Positions 1 through 8,070 of a stretch of DNA of 55,705 nt are shown piece after piece. The translations under genes were made by a program, and so were the position numbers. Source of the stretch: Patescibacteria group bacterium (lineage in GTDB: Bacteria > Patescibacteriota > Patescibacteriia > Magasanikbacterales > GWA2-37-8). The notes under the pieces are model-generated. The model had not been told where the DNA came from. It searched no databases and saw only the letters and a program-made list of their open reading frames with translations. The stretch spans positions 473,296 to 529,000 of the forward strand of contig JAKLGL010000001.1 of assembly GCA_022710645.1 (NCBI GenBank), given 5' to 3'. The first letter of the stretch is position 1. Every line of letters begins with the position of its first letter.

Positions 1-89
1 GGGCTATGGGCCCTAGTTTTACGAACCGCTTTTAGTCCGTTAAAATTGCAAGTGATAGTATAACAATAATTAACAATAAAGTCAATAAG

Positions 90-98
90 TGTTATAAT
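90..98 (+). promoter_or_regulatory. candidate extended -10 promoter (TGtTATAAT) for the MgtC-family gene
   Basis: tgttataat at 90-98, 27 nt upstream of ATG 125; no convincing -35. Confidence 0.3.
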
Positions 99-124
99 AA
101 CGGTAAATATTAAACTTTAAATAT

Positions 125-550
125 ATGCAATTTATAGATCAAACTTCGATAATTCAATCTTTAATTTACTTTGGTCAAATATTTTTGGCTGTTCTTTTGG
201 GAGGTCTGGTGGGAATACAAAGGGAAAAAATAGGAAAAGCTGCCGGAGTTCGCACTTATGCCTTAGTTACTGGAGGTGCGGCTTTATTTACCTTAATATC
301 CACTGTAATTTTCCCAGACGATCCGGCTAGAATTGCAGCTCAAATTGTCGTGGGTATAGGCTTTTTGGGTGCTGGAGCCATTTTACACAAAGATGACAAG
401 ATTTCAGGACTCACTACCGCCGCAGGTCTATGGATGATGGCAGCTGTCGGTATGGCTGTGGGATTACAACAATATTTACTGGCTTTTTTAGTTTCTCTCT
501 TAGTAGTTTTGGTTTTGATGTTTAATGAAGAAAAGTTTTTGAAAAAATAG
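125..550 (+). CDS. MgtC/SapB family membrane protein
   Basis: 141 aa ORF with family-typical motifs: GIQREKIGKAAGVRTY, GIGFLGAGAIL, GLTTAAGLWMMAAVGMAVG; 4-5 hydrophobic helices. Confidence 0.85.
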   Translation: MQFIDQTSIIQSLIYFGQIFLAVLLGGLVGIQREKIGKAAGVRTYALVTGGAALFTLISTVIFPDDPARIAAQIVVGIGFLGAGAILHKDDKISGLTTAAGLWMMAAVGMAVGLQQYLLAFLVSLLVVLVLMFNEEKFLKK

Positions 551-563
551 AAAACAGGATTAT

Positions 564-595
564 AAAAACACCTCGATTAAACCGAGGTGTTTTTA
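564..595. terminator. bidirectional rho-independent terminator hairpin between convergent genes
   Basis: aaaaacacctcg-attaaac-cgaggtgttttt; 8-bp GC-containing stem (568-575/583-590) flanked by an A-run and a T-run. Confidence 0.7.
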
Positions 596-1108
596 TAATC
601 CATTTTTCAAAAAAATATTCCCTAACCAAAAAAGTGTCAAAACGTAAAGTAAATCAAAATGAATTCTTTTTAACCAATTCAATAAAAAAATCAAAAAAAC
701 AAACGGATAAGCTAAAACAATAAAAGGGTTTTTAAAAACTTTACGATTAGCACTCTGTAATAAAGATTGAGCGTCGCCAGTGGATGGAATCGCTTGTAGG
801 CCTATGGTTAAACCGAGCCAAAGATAAAGCGTATTTTGCCAAACCAACCAAGGTGATTTGATCAAAGAAAACAGAATCAACGTGGTTAAAGAATTGATAA
901 AGAAAGGTCCGAAGCTTATCAAAAAATTTTGAAAAAAACTTTCAGGTTCATCATGGGTTACAAATCCGGCAATTTTACTTTTCGGATTGAAAGAATATAG
1001 TTTTATTTTATGAATTTTTATTCCGCCAAAAATACAAAATAACGCATGAGACAATTCATGTATTATCACTCCAGGCGCCATGGACAAACGAAAAAAGAAG
1101 TCCATCAT
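593..1108 (-). CDS. membrane-embedded HExxH putative zincin peptidase (DUF3267-like)
   Basis: 171 aa; HELSH motif near the N-terminus followed by several hydrophobic helices. Confidence 0.6.
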   Translation of the reverse strand: MMDFFFRLSMAPGVIIHELSHALFCIFGGIKIHKIKLYSFNPKSKIAGFVTHDEPESFFQNFLISFGPFFINSLTTLILFSLIKSPWLVWQNTLYLWLGLTIGLQAIPSTGDAQSLLQSANRKVFKNPFIVLAYPFVFLIFLLNWLKRIHFDLLYVLTLFWLGNIFLKNGL

Positions 1109-2346
1109 ATTTCGTATGAATTAAACAAAAAAGTCAGGCCGGCAAAAATCCAAAACAAAAATGATAAATCATTTTTGAAATATGGCACATCCACCAAACC
1201 GTGCACTAGAAAAACCAGCCAAACACTTACCATAATAGCACTCCACATTCTATTTTTTTGTTTTAATAAAAAACTTTCTCGCCAGAGTGATATAAAAATA
1301 AAAAGAAATGAAACCAAACCAAATAAACCGATTTCCGACCAAAAATTCAAAATGATGTTGTGCGGATAAATAAGCGGTTCCATCACCACATTAGCCAAAG
1401 GCTTTTGAATATCGCTATAAAAACGACGCAATCCAGCACCCAAAACAAAATGAGTTGGTGAAGAAAAAAGATATTCTTGCGTTGTTTGCCATAAAATCAA
1501 TCTATTTTTGCCAGCCCGATCGGAAAAAGTAACAACCTCACGTGCCATAGGCAAAAAAGCCAAAACCAATATCCCCGCCGCGACCAGCGCAATCACCGAT
1601 TTTTTATAACCCATCAAAAACAAAAACAGAATAATTCCGGCAGCAATAGCCAACCAGGCACCTTGAGAAAAAGAAAACACAATTGCCAAAAAATTTAAAA
1701 CCAAAGCGGTAATCGCAAAATTTCGTTTTTTATTTTCATACTTATTTTGCAAATACCAAACTAAAACCAAATTTATCAAAAATATCATTTCCAAAAACAA
1801 TCCTACGGCATTGGGTGAAGTAAAAAACGCGGTCACGCGCCTACCCGGCCACATAGCCCACTGCTGTGTATATATCCCCCAACCCGTAAACATTTGGAAA
1901 ATCGATAAAACAGAAACAGGTATAGAACACCCTATTAACCCCCAAACCACATCTTCGATTTCAAATCTGCGAGCTATAATAATATAAAACAACACTACCG
2001 GTTCCAAAAAATAAGCACGCCAAATACCGAGTCCTTTCAAAAATCCGGGGTTATTAAAAACACCAACGAGGGCAAACGCTAAAAACAAAAAAATCGCCAA
2101 ATTAAAATATCTTTTCTCTTTCCAAAAACCAAAAAGTATATTTTTATCTTCTTTGAAAAATTTTATCAGCCAAATAAAAGCCCAAATAAGAAAAACCCCT
2201 TCAAGTAAAGTGCTTGGTAAACCAAAAAAAGTAAATCGCAAACTATAAAAAGGCAAAAACAATAATAACAACCAGAAACCGACGCGAAAATTTTTCCAAC
2301 TTAAAAAAGCATAGAAAGCAAAAAGCGCAACAAATAAAAGATTCAT
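1105..2346 (-). CDS. O-antigen ligase/polymerase-like (Wzy_C-type) polytopic membrane protein
   Basis: Track ORF is 1105..2409. The internal Met at 2346 (MNLLFVALF) removes the overlap with the upstream gene, whose stop is at 2348. More than 10 TM helices; motifs SQGAWLAIAAG and YPHNIILNFWSEIGLFGL are typical of the family. Confidence 0.7.
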   Translation of the reverse strand: MNLLFVALFAFYAFLSWKNFRVGFWLLLLFLPFYSLRFTFFGLPSTLLEGVFLIWAFIWLIKFFKEDKNILFGFWKEKRYFNLAIFLFLAFALVGVFNNPGFLKGLGIWRAYFLEPVVLFYIIIARRFEIEDVVWGLIGCSIPVSVLSIFQMFTGWGIYTQQWAMWPGRRVTAFFTSPNAVGLFLEMIFLINLVLVWYLQNKYENKKRNFAITALVLNFLAIVFSFSQGAWLAIAAGIILFLFLMGYKKSVIALVAAGILVLAFLPMAREVVTFSDRAGKNRLILWQTTQEYLFSSPTHFVLGAGLRRFYSDIQKPLANVVMEPLIYPHNIILNFWSEIGLFGLVSFLFIFISLWRESFLLKQKNRMWSAIMVSVWLVFLVHGLVDVPYFKNDLSFLFWIFAGLTFLFNSYEI

Positions 2347-2347
2347 A

Positions 2348-3283
2348 TTAAAACAAAAGAGAATATTGTAAGAAAATAAAAATAAAATAAACGGCGGATA
2401 AACAAGCACCTTCCTTTGCCGTCATCTTCTTTCCGGTTCGATAGAAAATACCGAACATCGTTATAATAATCACAAAAGTCAAAGCAAGTAAAAAATATTC
2501 TTTATTTAAAAGAATATTCATAGGCGCCAAAGAGCAAACAACTCCCAAAATAAAAACATTGGCTGCGGCCGAACCCATCAAATTACTTACCGACAATTCA
2601 CTGCTTTTTTTTCTCCAAGCTTTCAAAGAAACGGTTATTTCCGGTAAATTGGTTCCCAAAGAAAAGACCAACAAACCGATAATAAACGGAGAAACATGAA
2701 AAATATCTAACAAATAACGAGTTAAACGAACAATCAAACCGGAAGAAACAACCAGTAAAACAAAACCGGCTACCATTAAAAAAAGTTCTTTGGCTACGAT
2801 TTGTCGATCAACTATTTCTAACATCGGCAATTCCGGACTTTTATTTTTCAAATAAAAAAACCAAATCAACAATAAATAAGCGCCGATCATGATAAACCCA
2901 TCATAAATGGAAAGAATTCCATCCAAACTTAATAATATCGGCAATAAAAGCAAAAATGATAAAGATAATAAACTTTTAAATTCTCCATCGGTCTTTATTT
3001 CTCGATGTAACATTAGGCTTGTACCCAAAATAAGACCTATAATTACCAAAATACCTCCAAATAAAGTACCTGCCGAAATTTCCGGAATCTTTTCAGCTAT
3101 TGAATTGATACCGACAGACATCTCCGGCAAACTGGTGAATAAACCCAAAACTATACCGAGGAAAAAAACTTTTAACCCCAACTTATTCCCTATTTGTCTC
3201 AAATTCAACACTACGAGATCGGCTCCATATCCGAGCATGATAAATAATAAAATTATTGCTAATAAAGCCAAAAAAATGTTCAT
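2348..3283 (-). CDS. Ca2+/cation antiporter (CaCA, YrbG-like Na+/Ca2+ exchanger)
   Basis: 311 aa with two alpha-repeat motifs: GLFTSLPEMSVGI and GTNLPEITVSL; polytopic. Confidence 0.8.
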   Translation of the reverse strand: MNIFLALLAIILLFIMLGYGADLVVLNLRQIGNKLGLKVFFLGIVLGLFTSLPEMSVGINSIAEKIPEISAGTLFGGILVIIGLILGTSLMLHREIKTDGEFKSLLSLSFLLLLPILLSLDGILSIYDGFIMIGAYLLLIWFFYLKNKSPELPMLEIVDRQIVAKELFLMVAGFVLLVVSSGLIVRLTRYLLDIFHVSPFIIGLLVFSLGTNLPEITVSLKAWRKKSSELSVSNLMGSAAANVFILGVVCSLAPMNILLNKEYFLLALTFVIIITMFGIFYRTGKKMTAKEGACLSAVYFIFIFLQYSLLF

Positions 3284-3391
3284 AAAATTTAATTTTTATA
3301 CAAATATCTTACCAAATCCGACCTTGCTTGTCTAATTTTGATTGTCCTATACGACCAATTCTGTTAAAATACAATAACTAACCAAAAACAT

Positions 3392-4159
3392 ATGAAAATA
3401 GGATTAGCTCTGGGCGGAGGTGGGGCGCGAGGATTGGCACACATTGGTGTACTGAAAGCTCTGGAAAAAAACAATATAAAAATAGACATTGTGTCCGGCA
3501 CCAGTATGGGTGCGATTATCGGGGCTTTTTATTGTGCCGGCATACCTATAGATTATTTGGAACGTCTGGCTATTTCCACAGATTGGAAAAAGCTTTATTC
3601 TTTACTTGACCCAAAATTAAAAGATGGTTTGCTTGGTGGAGAAAAATTAATTTCTTTTCTCAAAGAAGAACTTGGGGATCCAGATTTTAAAAATCTGAAA
3701 AAACGATTTTTTGCGACAGCAACCGACTCAACCACGGCGGAAATAAAAATTTTCAGTTCTGGAAAAGTTGTTCCGGCGTTGCGCGCCAGTTCTTCATTAC
3801 CGATAATTTTTAATCCTGTAAAAAACAAAAACAATGTTTTGATAGACGGTTGTTTTTCCATGCCAGTACCGGTAGCACCTTTGATAAAGGCCGGGGCTGA
3901 TTTGATAATTGCCATAAATCTTGACGCTGATTATTTTAGTGAAAAAAAAGGAACAACTAACCTCTTTAATACCATAAACAAAAGCTTACTTTTACTTCGC
4001 CATCATTTGGCCGCGGCAAATTGCGCAAACGCGCAGATAATTATAAAACCAAAGGTTGGTAAATACGGTTGGTATGATTTTTTCAAAGCCAAAGAAATAA
4101 TCGATGCGGGAGAAACTGAAACTAAAAAAATAATCCATAAACTAAAAAGCGGCTTGTAA
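3392..4159 (+). CDS. patatin-like phospholipase
   Basis: GLALGGGGARGLAHIGV oxyanion motif, GTSMG (GxSxG) nucleophile elbow, downstream DGC (DG) motif. Confidence 0.9.
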   Translation: MKIGLALGGGGARGLAHIGVLKALEKNNIKIDIVSGTSMGAIIGAFYCAGIPIDYLERLAISTDWKKLYSLLDPKLKDGLLGGEKLISFLKEELGDPDFKNLKKRFFATATDSTTAEIKIFSSGKVVPALRASSSLPIIFNPVKNKNNVLIDGCFSMPVPVAPLIKAGADLIIAINLDADYFSEKKGTTNLFNTINKSLLLLRHHLAAANCANAQIIIKPKVGKYGWYDFFKAKEIIDAGETETKKIIHKLKSGL

Positions 4160-4176
4160 GCCGCTTTTTCTTTTTT
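4145..4176 (+). terminator. rho-independent terminator overlapping the patatin stop codon
   Basis: aaaagcggctt-gt-aagccgctttt followed by a T-rich tract. Confidence 0.6.
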
Positions 4177-4224
4177 CCCCCCTACCTAAGCTTGGCTTGG
4201 TGAGGGGCTTCGCTTTATAATTCA

Positions 4225-4476
4225 CTAGAATAACATTTCCTTAATTTTAACACCCGGTACTTTTTTAAGAATACGTTTTATCTTATCGCTCGCTTTAGCT
4301 CCGCCAAAAACTTGCAGAATTATCAAACCATTCACAGCACAAGTTTTTTCATCGACTTCGTGCAAACCAATACGTAGTTTAATACTGCAACCGCAATCGG
4401 TCAAAGCTTTTTGCAACATTTGGGAACTTTTGACACGATTATCCACATAAACACCTAAAATGTTAAATTTAGCCAT
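4225..4476 (-). CDS. small ACT-fold protein, TM1266-like (putative iron-only hydrogenase system regulator family)
   Basis: 83 aa. The pattern ILGVYVDNR...LRIGLH...GLIILQVFGG...KKVPGVKIKE resembles the TM1266 family by eye. The family call is tentative; coding status is more likely. Confidence 0.45.
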   Translation of the reverse strand: MAKFNILGVYVDNRVKSSQMLQKALTDCGCSIKLRIGLHEVDEKTCAVNGLIILQVFGGAKASDKIKRILKKVPGVKIKEMLF

Positions 4477-4487
4477 ATATTTGAATA

Positions 4488-5099
4488 TTATTTACACATA
4501 TTTGTTTGGCATTCGGTTTTATCTTTACCGGAAAGATAATCGCATGATGCACAAAGATTGCCATTGCCAAATTTATTCATCATTTCGGATAAATCACTAA
4601 AATTGATATTACCTGGTATTGCAAACAAAGATTTATCTTCGTTCCATTTATCACAATCCATATCAATTTCCGTATCCAAATCAATTTGCATATTTTGATC
4701 TTGAACATCTGAGAAATCTTCACTGTTTTCTTTTGATTCTATTTTCATTTTTGTTCCTTTATTTGTTCCGTCTTCATTCCAAAAATAGGTATAATCATCA
4801 ATATTTATCATGTGATTTACAATGTCTTTTTGCCCGGACATTTTTGTCACTCCGTCCATTCTCATTTTTTCTCCGCTAATATATAGAGTATTTTTTTGTT
4901 CAAAACCTTCTGTATTAACTTGATATTCACATTTAACCGCTTCGCCTTTTTTCATCAAATCTCGAAATGTACCCATGAACTTTCCTTCCGTTTGTTTGGT
5001 CTGATTATTGGCCTCATTTTTATTTTCCTCTTTTTTGCCACAACCAGCAAAAACCACTAAAGAAAGAACTAGACAACAAACCAAAATTGTTTTTCGCAT
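4488..5099 (-). CDS. lipoprotein of unknown function
   Basis: Signal peptide with lipobox MRKTILVCCLVLSLVVFAGCG; acidic, Cys-containing mature part. Confidence 0.75.
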   Translation of the reverse strand: MRKTILVCCLVLSLVVFAGCGKKEENKNEANNQTKQTEGKFMGTFRDLMKKGEAVKCEYQVNTEGFEQKNTLYISGEKMRMDGVTKMSGQKDIVNHMINIDDYTYFWNEDGTNKGTKMKIESKENSEDFSDVQDQNMQIDLDTEIDMDCDKWNEDKSLFAIPGNINFSDLSEMMNKFGNGNLCASCDYLSGKDKTECQTNMCK

Positions 5100-5149
5100 A
5101 ATTTTTTAAATTAAATAATTAATTATTTTTTATATTTTAACATATTTTT

Positions 5150-5656
5150 TTAATATTTGCGACTGTCATAGGCCCAGTGAAGTAAAGCTTGTCTTTGTCG
5201 GCGATGGCAACTGTAATCTTTCGGTCTGCAGTGATTTTTAACCGCACTAGCATGGCGAATAAAGGCTTTCCAACGTTTTATTTGTCTTGTGTCGTCTTCG
5301 TGCCGACGCCCCATATAATAACGACAATACCATTGAAACCAGCCACGCGGATCATCCGGATGTATCCAGCCGTTTTGACGCCAGACCGACAAAGGTTGCG
5401 AGGCGTTGACTTTGAAAAAATTCAATTTGGCATCATGTTTTTGCGAACAGAGTTTGGCTTTGGCAAACCAGGTTTTAGGAAATTCTTTTTTACAGTCCGT
5501 CATATATCTCCCACCAAAAACTCCCAGCTCCAACATTTCTTTCGGAGTTAATTGCGGCTTAAAATCAGAATCAAAATTCTTGCCTGTCGGTGCGGACAAA
5601 ACATATCTATAATTTTTCTGCATCTTGTCATTAACTACAACCTTTTTCCCTGACAT
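5150..5656 (-). CDS. conserved-looking W/R/H-rich protein of unknown function
   Basis: 168 aa; distinctive GWIHPDDPRGWFQWYCRYYMGRRHEDDTRQIKRW segment. It is the last gene of a tight minus-strand operon (5-nt gap to the upstream gene). Confidence 0.7.
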   Translation of the reverse strand: MSGKKVVVNDKMQKNYRYVLSAPTGKNFDSDFKPQLTPKEMLELGVFGGRYMTDCKKEFPKTWFAKAKLCSQKHDAKLNFFKVNASQPLSVWRQNGWIHPDDPRGWFQWYCRYYMGRRHEDDTRQIKRWKAFIRHASAVKNHCRPKDYSCHRRQRQALLHWAYDSRKY

Positions 5657-5661
5657 ACAAT

Positions 5662-6093
5662 TTAAATAATTTTAGAAACATCGCTGTTTAAAATAATCGG
5701 TTGCATTGCTTCAATTTCATCTTTATAACCCATTTCCGGAATAGGATTCATTAAAAATATTTTTTTATTCATGACGTGTGCAAAACCCATCTCCAAAAAA
5801 GAATTGCCACCAACATACCCTTTAGTCCCTTTTTTATCAAAATTAACAACCAAAATAGCATCCGTGTTTTGAATTATTTTCCAATATCTACGAATAGCGT
5901 CAGAATCTATAACTCTTTGTGAAAACGAACCGCCTTCTTTTTCTTTTTTAATTTGTTCTGAAGTAATTTCTTCTTTTAAAATCATTTTAGCTGTTGGAGG
6001 CAAATCGACTTCAAAACCCATTTTTTCCAATTTTTCCCCGACATCTTTCATCTCTTGGGCAAAATCTAAACTGCCGACAATGGATATTTTCAT
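5662..6093 (-). CDS. nucleoside 2-deoxyribosyltransferase-fold (NDT/Rcl-like) protein, paralogue 2
   Basis: 143 aa: MKISIVGS..., TDAILVVNFDKKG, YVGGNSFLEMGFAHVMNKKIF; clearly alignable with the neighbouring 133-aa ORF. Confidence 0.65.
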   Translation of the reverse strand: MKISIVGSLDFAQEMKDVGEKLEKMGFEVDLPPTAKMILKEEITSEQIKKEKEGGSFSQRVIDSDAIRRYWKIIQNTDAILVVNFDKKGTKGYVGGNSFLEMGFAHVMNKKIFLMNPIPEMGYKDEIEAMQPIILNSDVSKII

Positions 6094-6099
6094 AAAAAG

Positions 6100-6501
6100 T
6101 TAATTAATACTACTAACGTCCCCATTTAATATTACTGGCTGCATGGCTTCTATTTCATCTGAATAACTAATTTGTGGGATCGCATTGAGTAAAAATATTT
6201 TTTTATTTAATACATGCGCAAAAGCCATCTCTATCAAACTGTTTCCGCCAATATAATTTTTAATATTATTTTTATCATAATTTAAAACCAGAACAGCGTC
6301 AGTTTTTTTGATTTCTTCAAAATATCCCCGAATTAAATCCAACTCTATTTTTTCTGCCTTATTTTCCATGGACATAGTACCAGCCGCATGTTTTTCTAAA
6401 TTTGCAGGAACAATCACCTTGTGGCCAAGGGTTTCTAATTGTTTTTGCATTGACACCATCTCCTTGGCAAAAGCCATACTGCCGCAAATTGTAATTTTCA
6501 T
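6100..6501 (-). CDS. nucleoside 2-deoxyribosyltransferase-fold (NDT/Rcl-like) protein, paralogue 1
   Basis: 133 aa: MKITICGS..., TDAVLVLNYDKNN, YIGGNSLIEMAFAHVLNKKIF. The Asp and Glu positions resemble the NDT catalytic pattern. Confidence 0.65.
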   Translation of the reverse strand: MKITICGSMAFAKEMVSMQKQLETLGHKVIVPANLEKHAAGTMSMENKAEKIELDLIRGYFEEIKKTDAVLVLNYDKNNIKNYIGGNSLIEMAFAHVLNKKIFLLNAIPQISYSDEIEAMQPVILNGDVSSIN

Positions 6502-6505
6502 AAAA

Positions 6506-6994
6506 TTATTTTTTAATCTTCAAAATCTTTTCCGAAAAATTTTTATTGACCGGATGTAAATAACGGACAAAAAACCAACCCAACATCATCCACAAAAATC
6601 CATGCCATAAATCTATATGTCCACCTAGATTGGCAAAATTATCACTATAATCCCAAGCGCGGTGCTGTAAAACCGAAACAGTAAAGATTCCGCCAACATA
6701 TTCTACGATAGAAAGTATCAAGCCGGACAAAAACAAAAGAGAAGCGTGTCCTCTGCTTTCCAAAAATTTTTTAAACCCTATCAAAACCAAAGCACCAAAA
6801 CCGTAAATTGGCGCCAATGGAATTGGCAACAAAAAACTTTTGAACATTCCACCAAATTCTAATCTACCATCAATAAACGAACTATACCAAGTATCCAATA
6901 TCCAGCCCAAAAAACTGTAAAGGATAAAATAAAAAAGAATCGTTTCTACGATTTTCAAATCAACGGCTTTGGTTTTTTCTATTAGTTTAAACAT
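6506..6994 (-). CDS. putative ABC-transporter type IV membrane protein (CmpB/DUF1113 family)
   Basis: 162 aa: FILYSFLGWILDTWY, PIYGFGALVL, AWDYSDNFANLGGHIDL are family-typical. Confidence 0.8.
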   Translation of the reverse strand: MFKLIEKTKAVDLKIVETILFYFILYSFLGWILDTWYSSFIDGRLEFGGMFKSFLLPIPLAPIYGFGALVLIGFKKFLESRGHASLLFLSGLILSIVEYVGGIFTVSVLQHRAWDYSDNFANLGGHIDLWHGFLWMMLGWFFVRYLHPVNKNFSEKILKIKK

Positions 6995-6999
6995 TTGGA

Positions 7000-7167
7000 T
7001 TATTTTGTTTGCCTTGCTCTTTTCATACCAATAACAACAAAAGCCAAACCCAGCACGGTAAACGCCGTGTTTTTAAAATCCCAACCAAAGATATATGCCA
7101 AGGCGTTTGTCAAAACCATAACAAATCCAACTATCGCCATGACGAGGCCTAAAACCTTGTAATTCAT
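7000..7167 (-). CDS. small two-helix membrane protein (55 aa), absent from the ORF track because it is under 60 aa
   Basis: ATG at 7167-7165, TAA at 7002-7000. Translation MNYKVLGLVMAIVGFVMVLTNALAYIFGWDFKNTAFTVLGLAFVVIGMKRARQTK. Ends 5 nt before the next gene in the same operon. Confidence 0.4.
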   Translation of the reverse strand: MNYKVLGLVMAIVGFVMVLTNALAYIFGWDFKNTAFTVLGLAFVVIGMKRARQTK

Positions 7168-7268
7168 ATTTAAATCAATATTTTATACTATAATAATATA
7201 ACAAAAACACCCTGTTGTATAGGAACTATTGATTTTTTAGCCAAAATGTGGTATTTTACGTCTACTCT

Positions 7269-7355
7269 GGAAGGATGGCCGAGCGGTTTAAGGCAACAGT
7301 CTTGAAAACTGTCGTCCATGAAAGTGGACCGTGAGTTCGAATCTCACTCCTTCCG
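7269..7355 (+). tRNA. tRNA-Ser (anticodon UGA)
   Basis: Folded by hand: acceptor ggaagga/tccttcc, anticodon stem acagt/actgt with loop cTTGAaa, long variable arm gtcca/tggac, T-arm gtgag-ttcgaat-ctcac. Confidence 0.9.
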
Positions 7356-7398
7356 CGCCAGAATTTAGACTCCGGCATTTTGCACGGAGTTTTAAAAT

Positions 7399-7487
7399 GG
7401 AGAGGTCGCATAGCTGGTCTAGTGCGCTGGTCTCGAAAACCGGTAGACCGCAAGGTCTCGGGAGTTCGAATCTCCCCCTCTCCGCCA
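7399..7487 (+). tRNA. tRNA-Ser (anticodon CGA), CCA encoded
   Basis: Acceptor ggagagg/cctctcc, anticodon loop cTCGAaa, long variable arm, T-arm gggag-ttcgaat-ctccc, 3' gCCA. Confidence 0.9.
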
Positions 7488-7521
7488 AGTTTTACATTCT
7501 AAATAAACTATTTTAACTTTT

Positions 7522-8004
7522 ATGAACGAGAAAAAAGAAACTCTCTCCGTAGAAGCTTTAAGCGAATTTTTGGAAAAAGCAAATATAAACACCTACGCCA
7601 ATGAAAAGGCGGAAAAGGTTGACTCTTTGCGTCCCGGATCGCGTGATTATCATTTTGAAAATGGAGATTTAATTTACCACGATACTTATTTTGGTGGAAA
7701 AAAATTTCTCGGTGAAGAAGTGGTTTATAAAAACAATATTCCGGTTTGGGGTATGAACTATTACGGATTTACACTCAACGAATCTGTCAGTGAAAATTTA
7801 TTTGATTCTATCTTACGTCCAGCTCTTATGTCCGGTTCTGGCGATAACATACCAGTTCGGGGTCCGAAAGAGTTTATCAACGGCGAATGGAAATATACTT
7901 TTACCGCCCAAGGCGATCTCTCCAATTTTACCGGTATTGAAGAAATCTCAAAAAACGGTGTGGTTGTTTGCCGATTACACTGCCACGGAGGATATATTGA
8001 ATAA
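7522..8004 (+). CDS. DUF5680-like protein
   Basis: 160 aa: YHDTYFGGKKFLGEEVV...PVWGMNYYG...RGP...F.G.EEI...HGGYI matches my recollection of the DUF5680 pattern. Confidence 0.7.
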   Translation: MNEKKETLSVEALSEFLEKANINTYANEKAEKVDSLRPGSRDYHFENGDLIYHDTYFGGKKFLGEEVVYKNNIPVWGMNYYGFTLNESVSENLFDSILRPALMSGSGDNIPVRGPKEFINGEWKYTFTAQGDLSNFTGIEEISKNGVVVCRLHCHGGYIE

Positions 8005-8032
8005 ATATAATCCCCTTTTTCCGCTAAACAAT

Positions 8033-8070
8033 AAAACATTCTCCGCCTCGGCGGAGAATGTTTTTGTTTT
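8033..8070. terminator. bidirectional terminator between convergent genes
   Basis: aaaacattctccgc-ctcg-gcggagaatgtttt, a 14-bp stem, followed by tttgtttt. Confidence 0.75.

Noticed and set aside
1046-3335. Plus-strand track ORFs 1046..1369 and 2907..3335. The same applies to similar antisense ORFs elsewhere (3595..3915, 4619..4879, 5189..5612, 6308..6559, 7761..8140, 8205..9857, 10887..11204, 11500..11703, 12582..12994, 14492..14761, 17519..18059, 18661..20539, 21867..22992, 23500..24189, 25974..26159, 27083..28357, 29364..30335, 31213..32202, 33190..35384, 35736..35972, 37164..37454, 39233..42204, 45778..46343).
   Set aside because: Each lies antisense to, or out of frame within, a longer ORF with clear family motifs. 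Their translations are low-complexity, as is typical of AT-rich antisense frames.
7262-7516. Track ORFs 7262..7453(-), 7288..7488(-) and 7331..7516(+).
   Set aside because: They overlap two well-folded tRNA-Ser genes and have no coding features.
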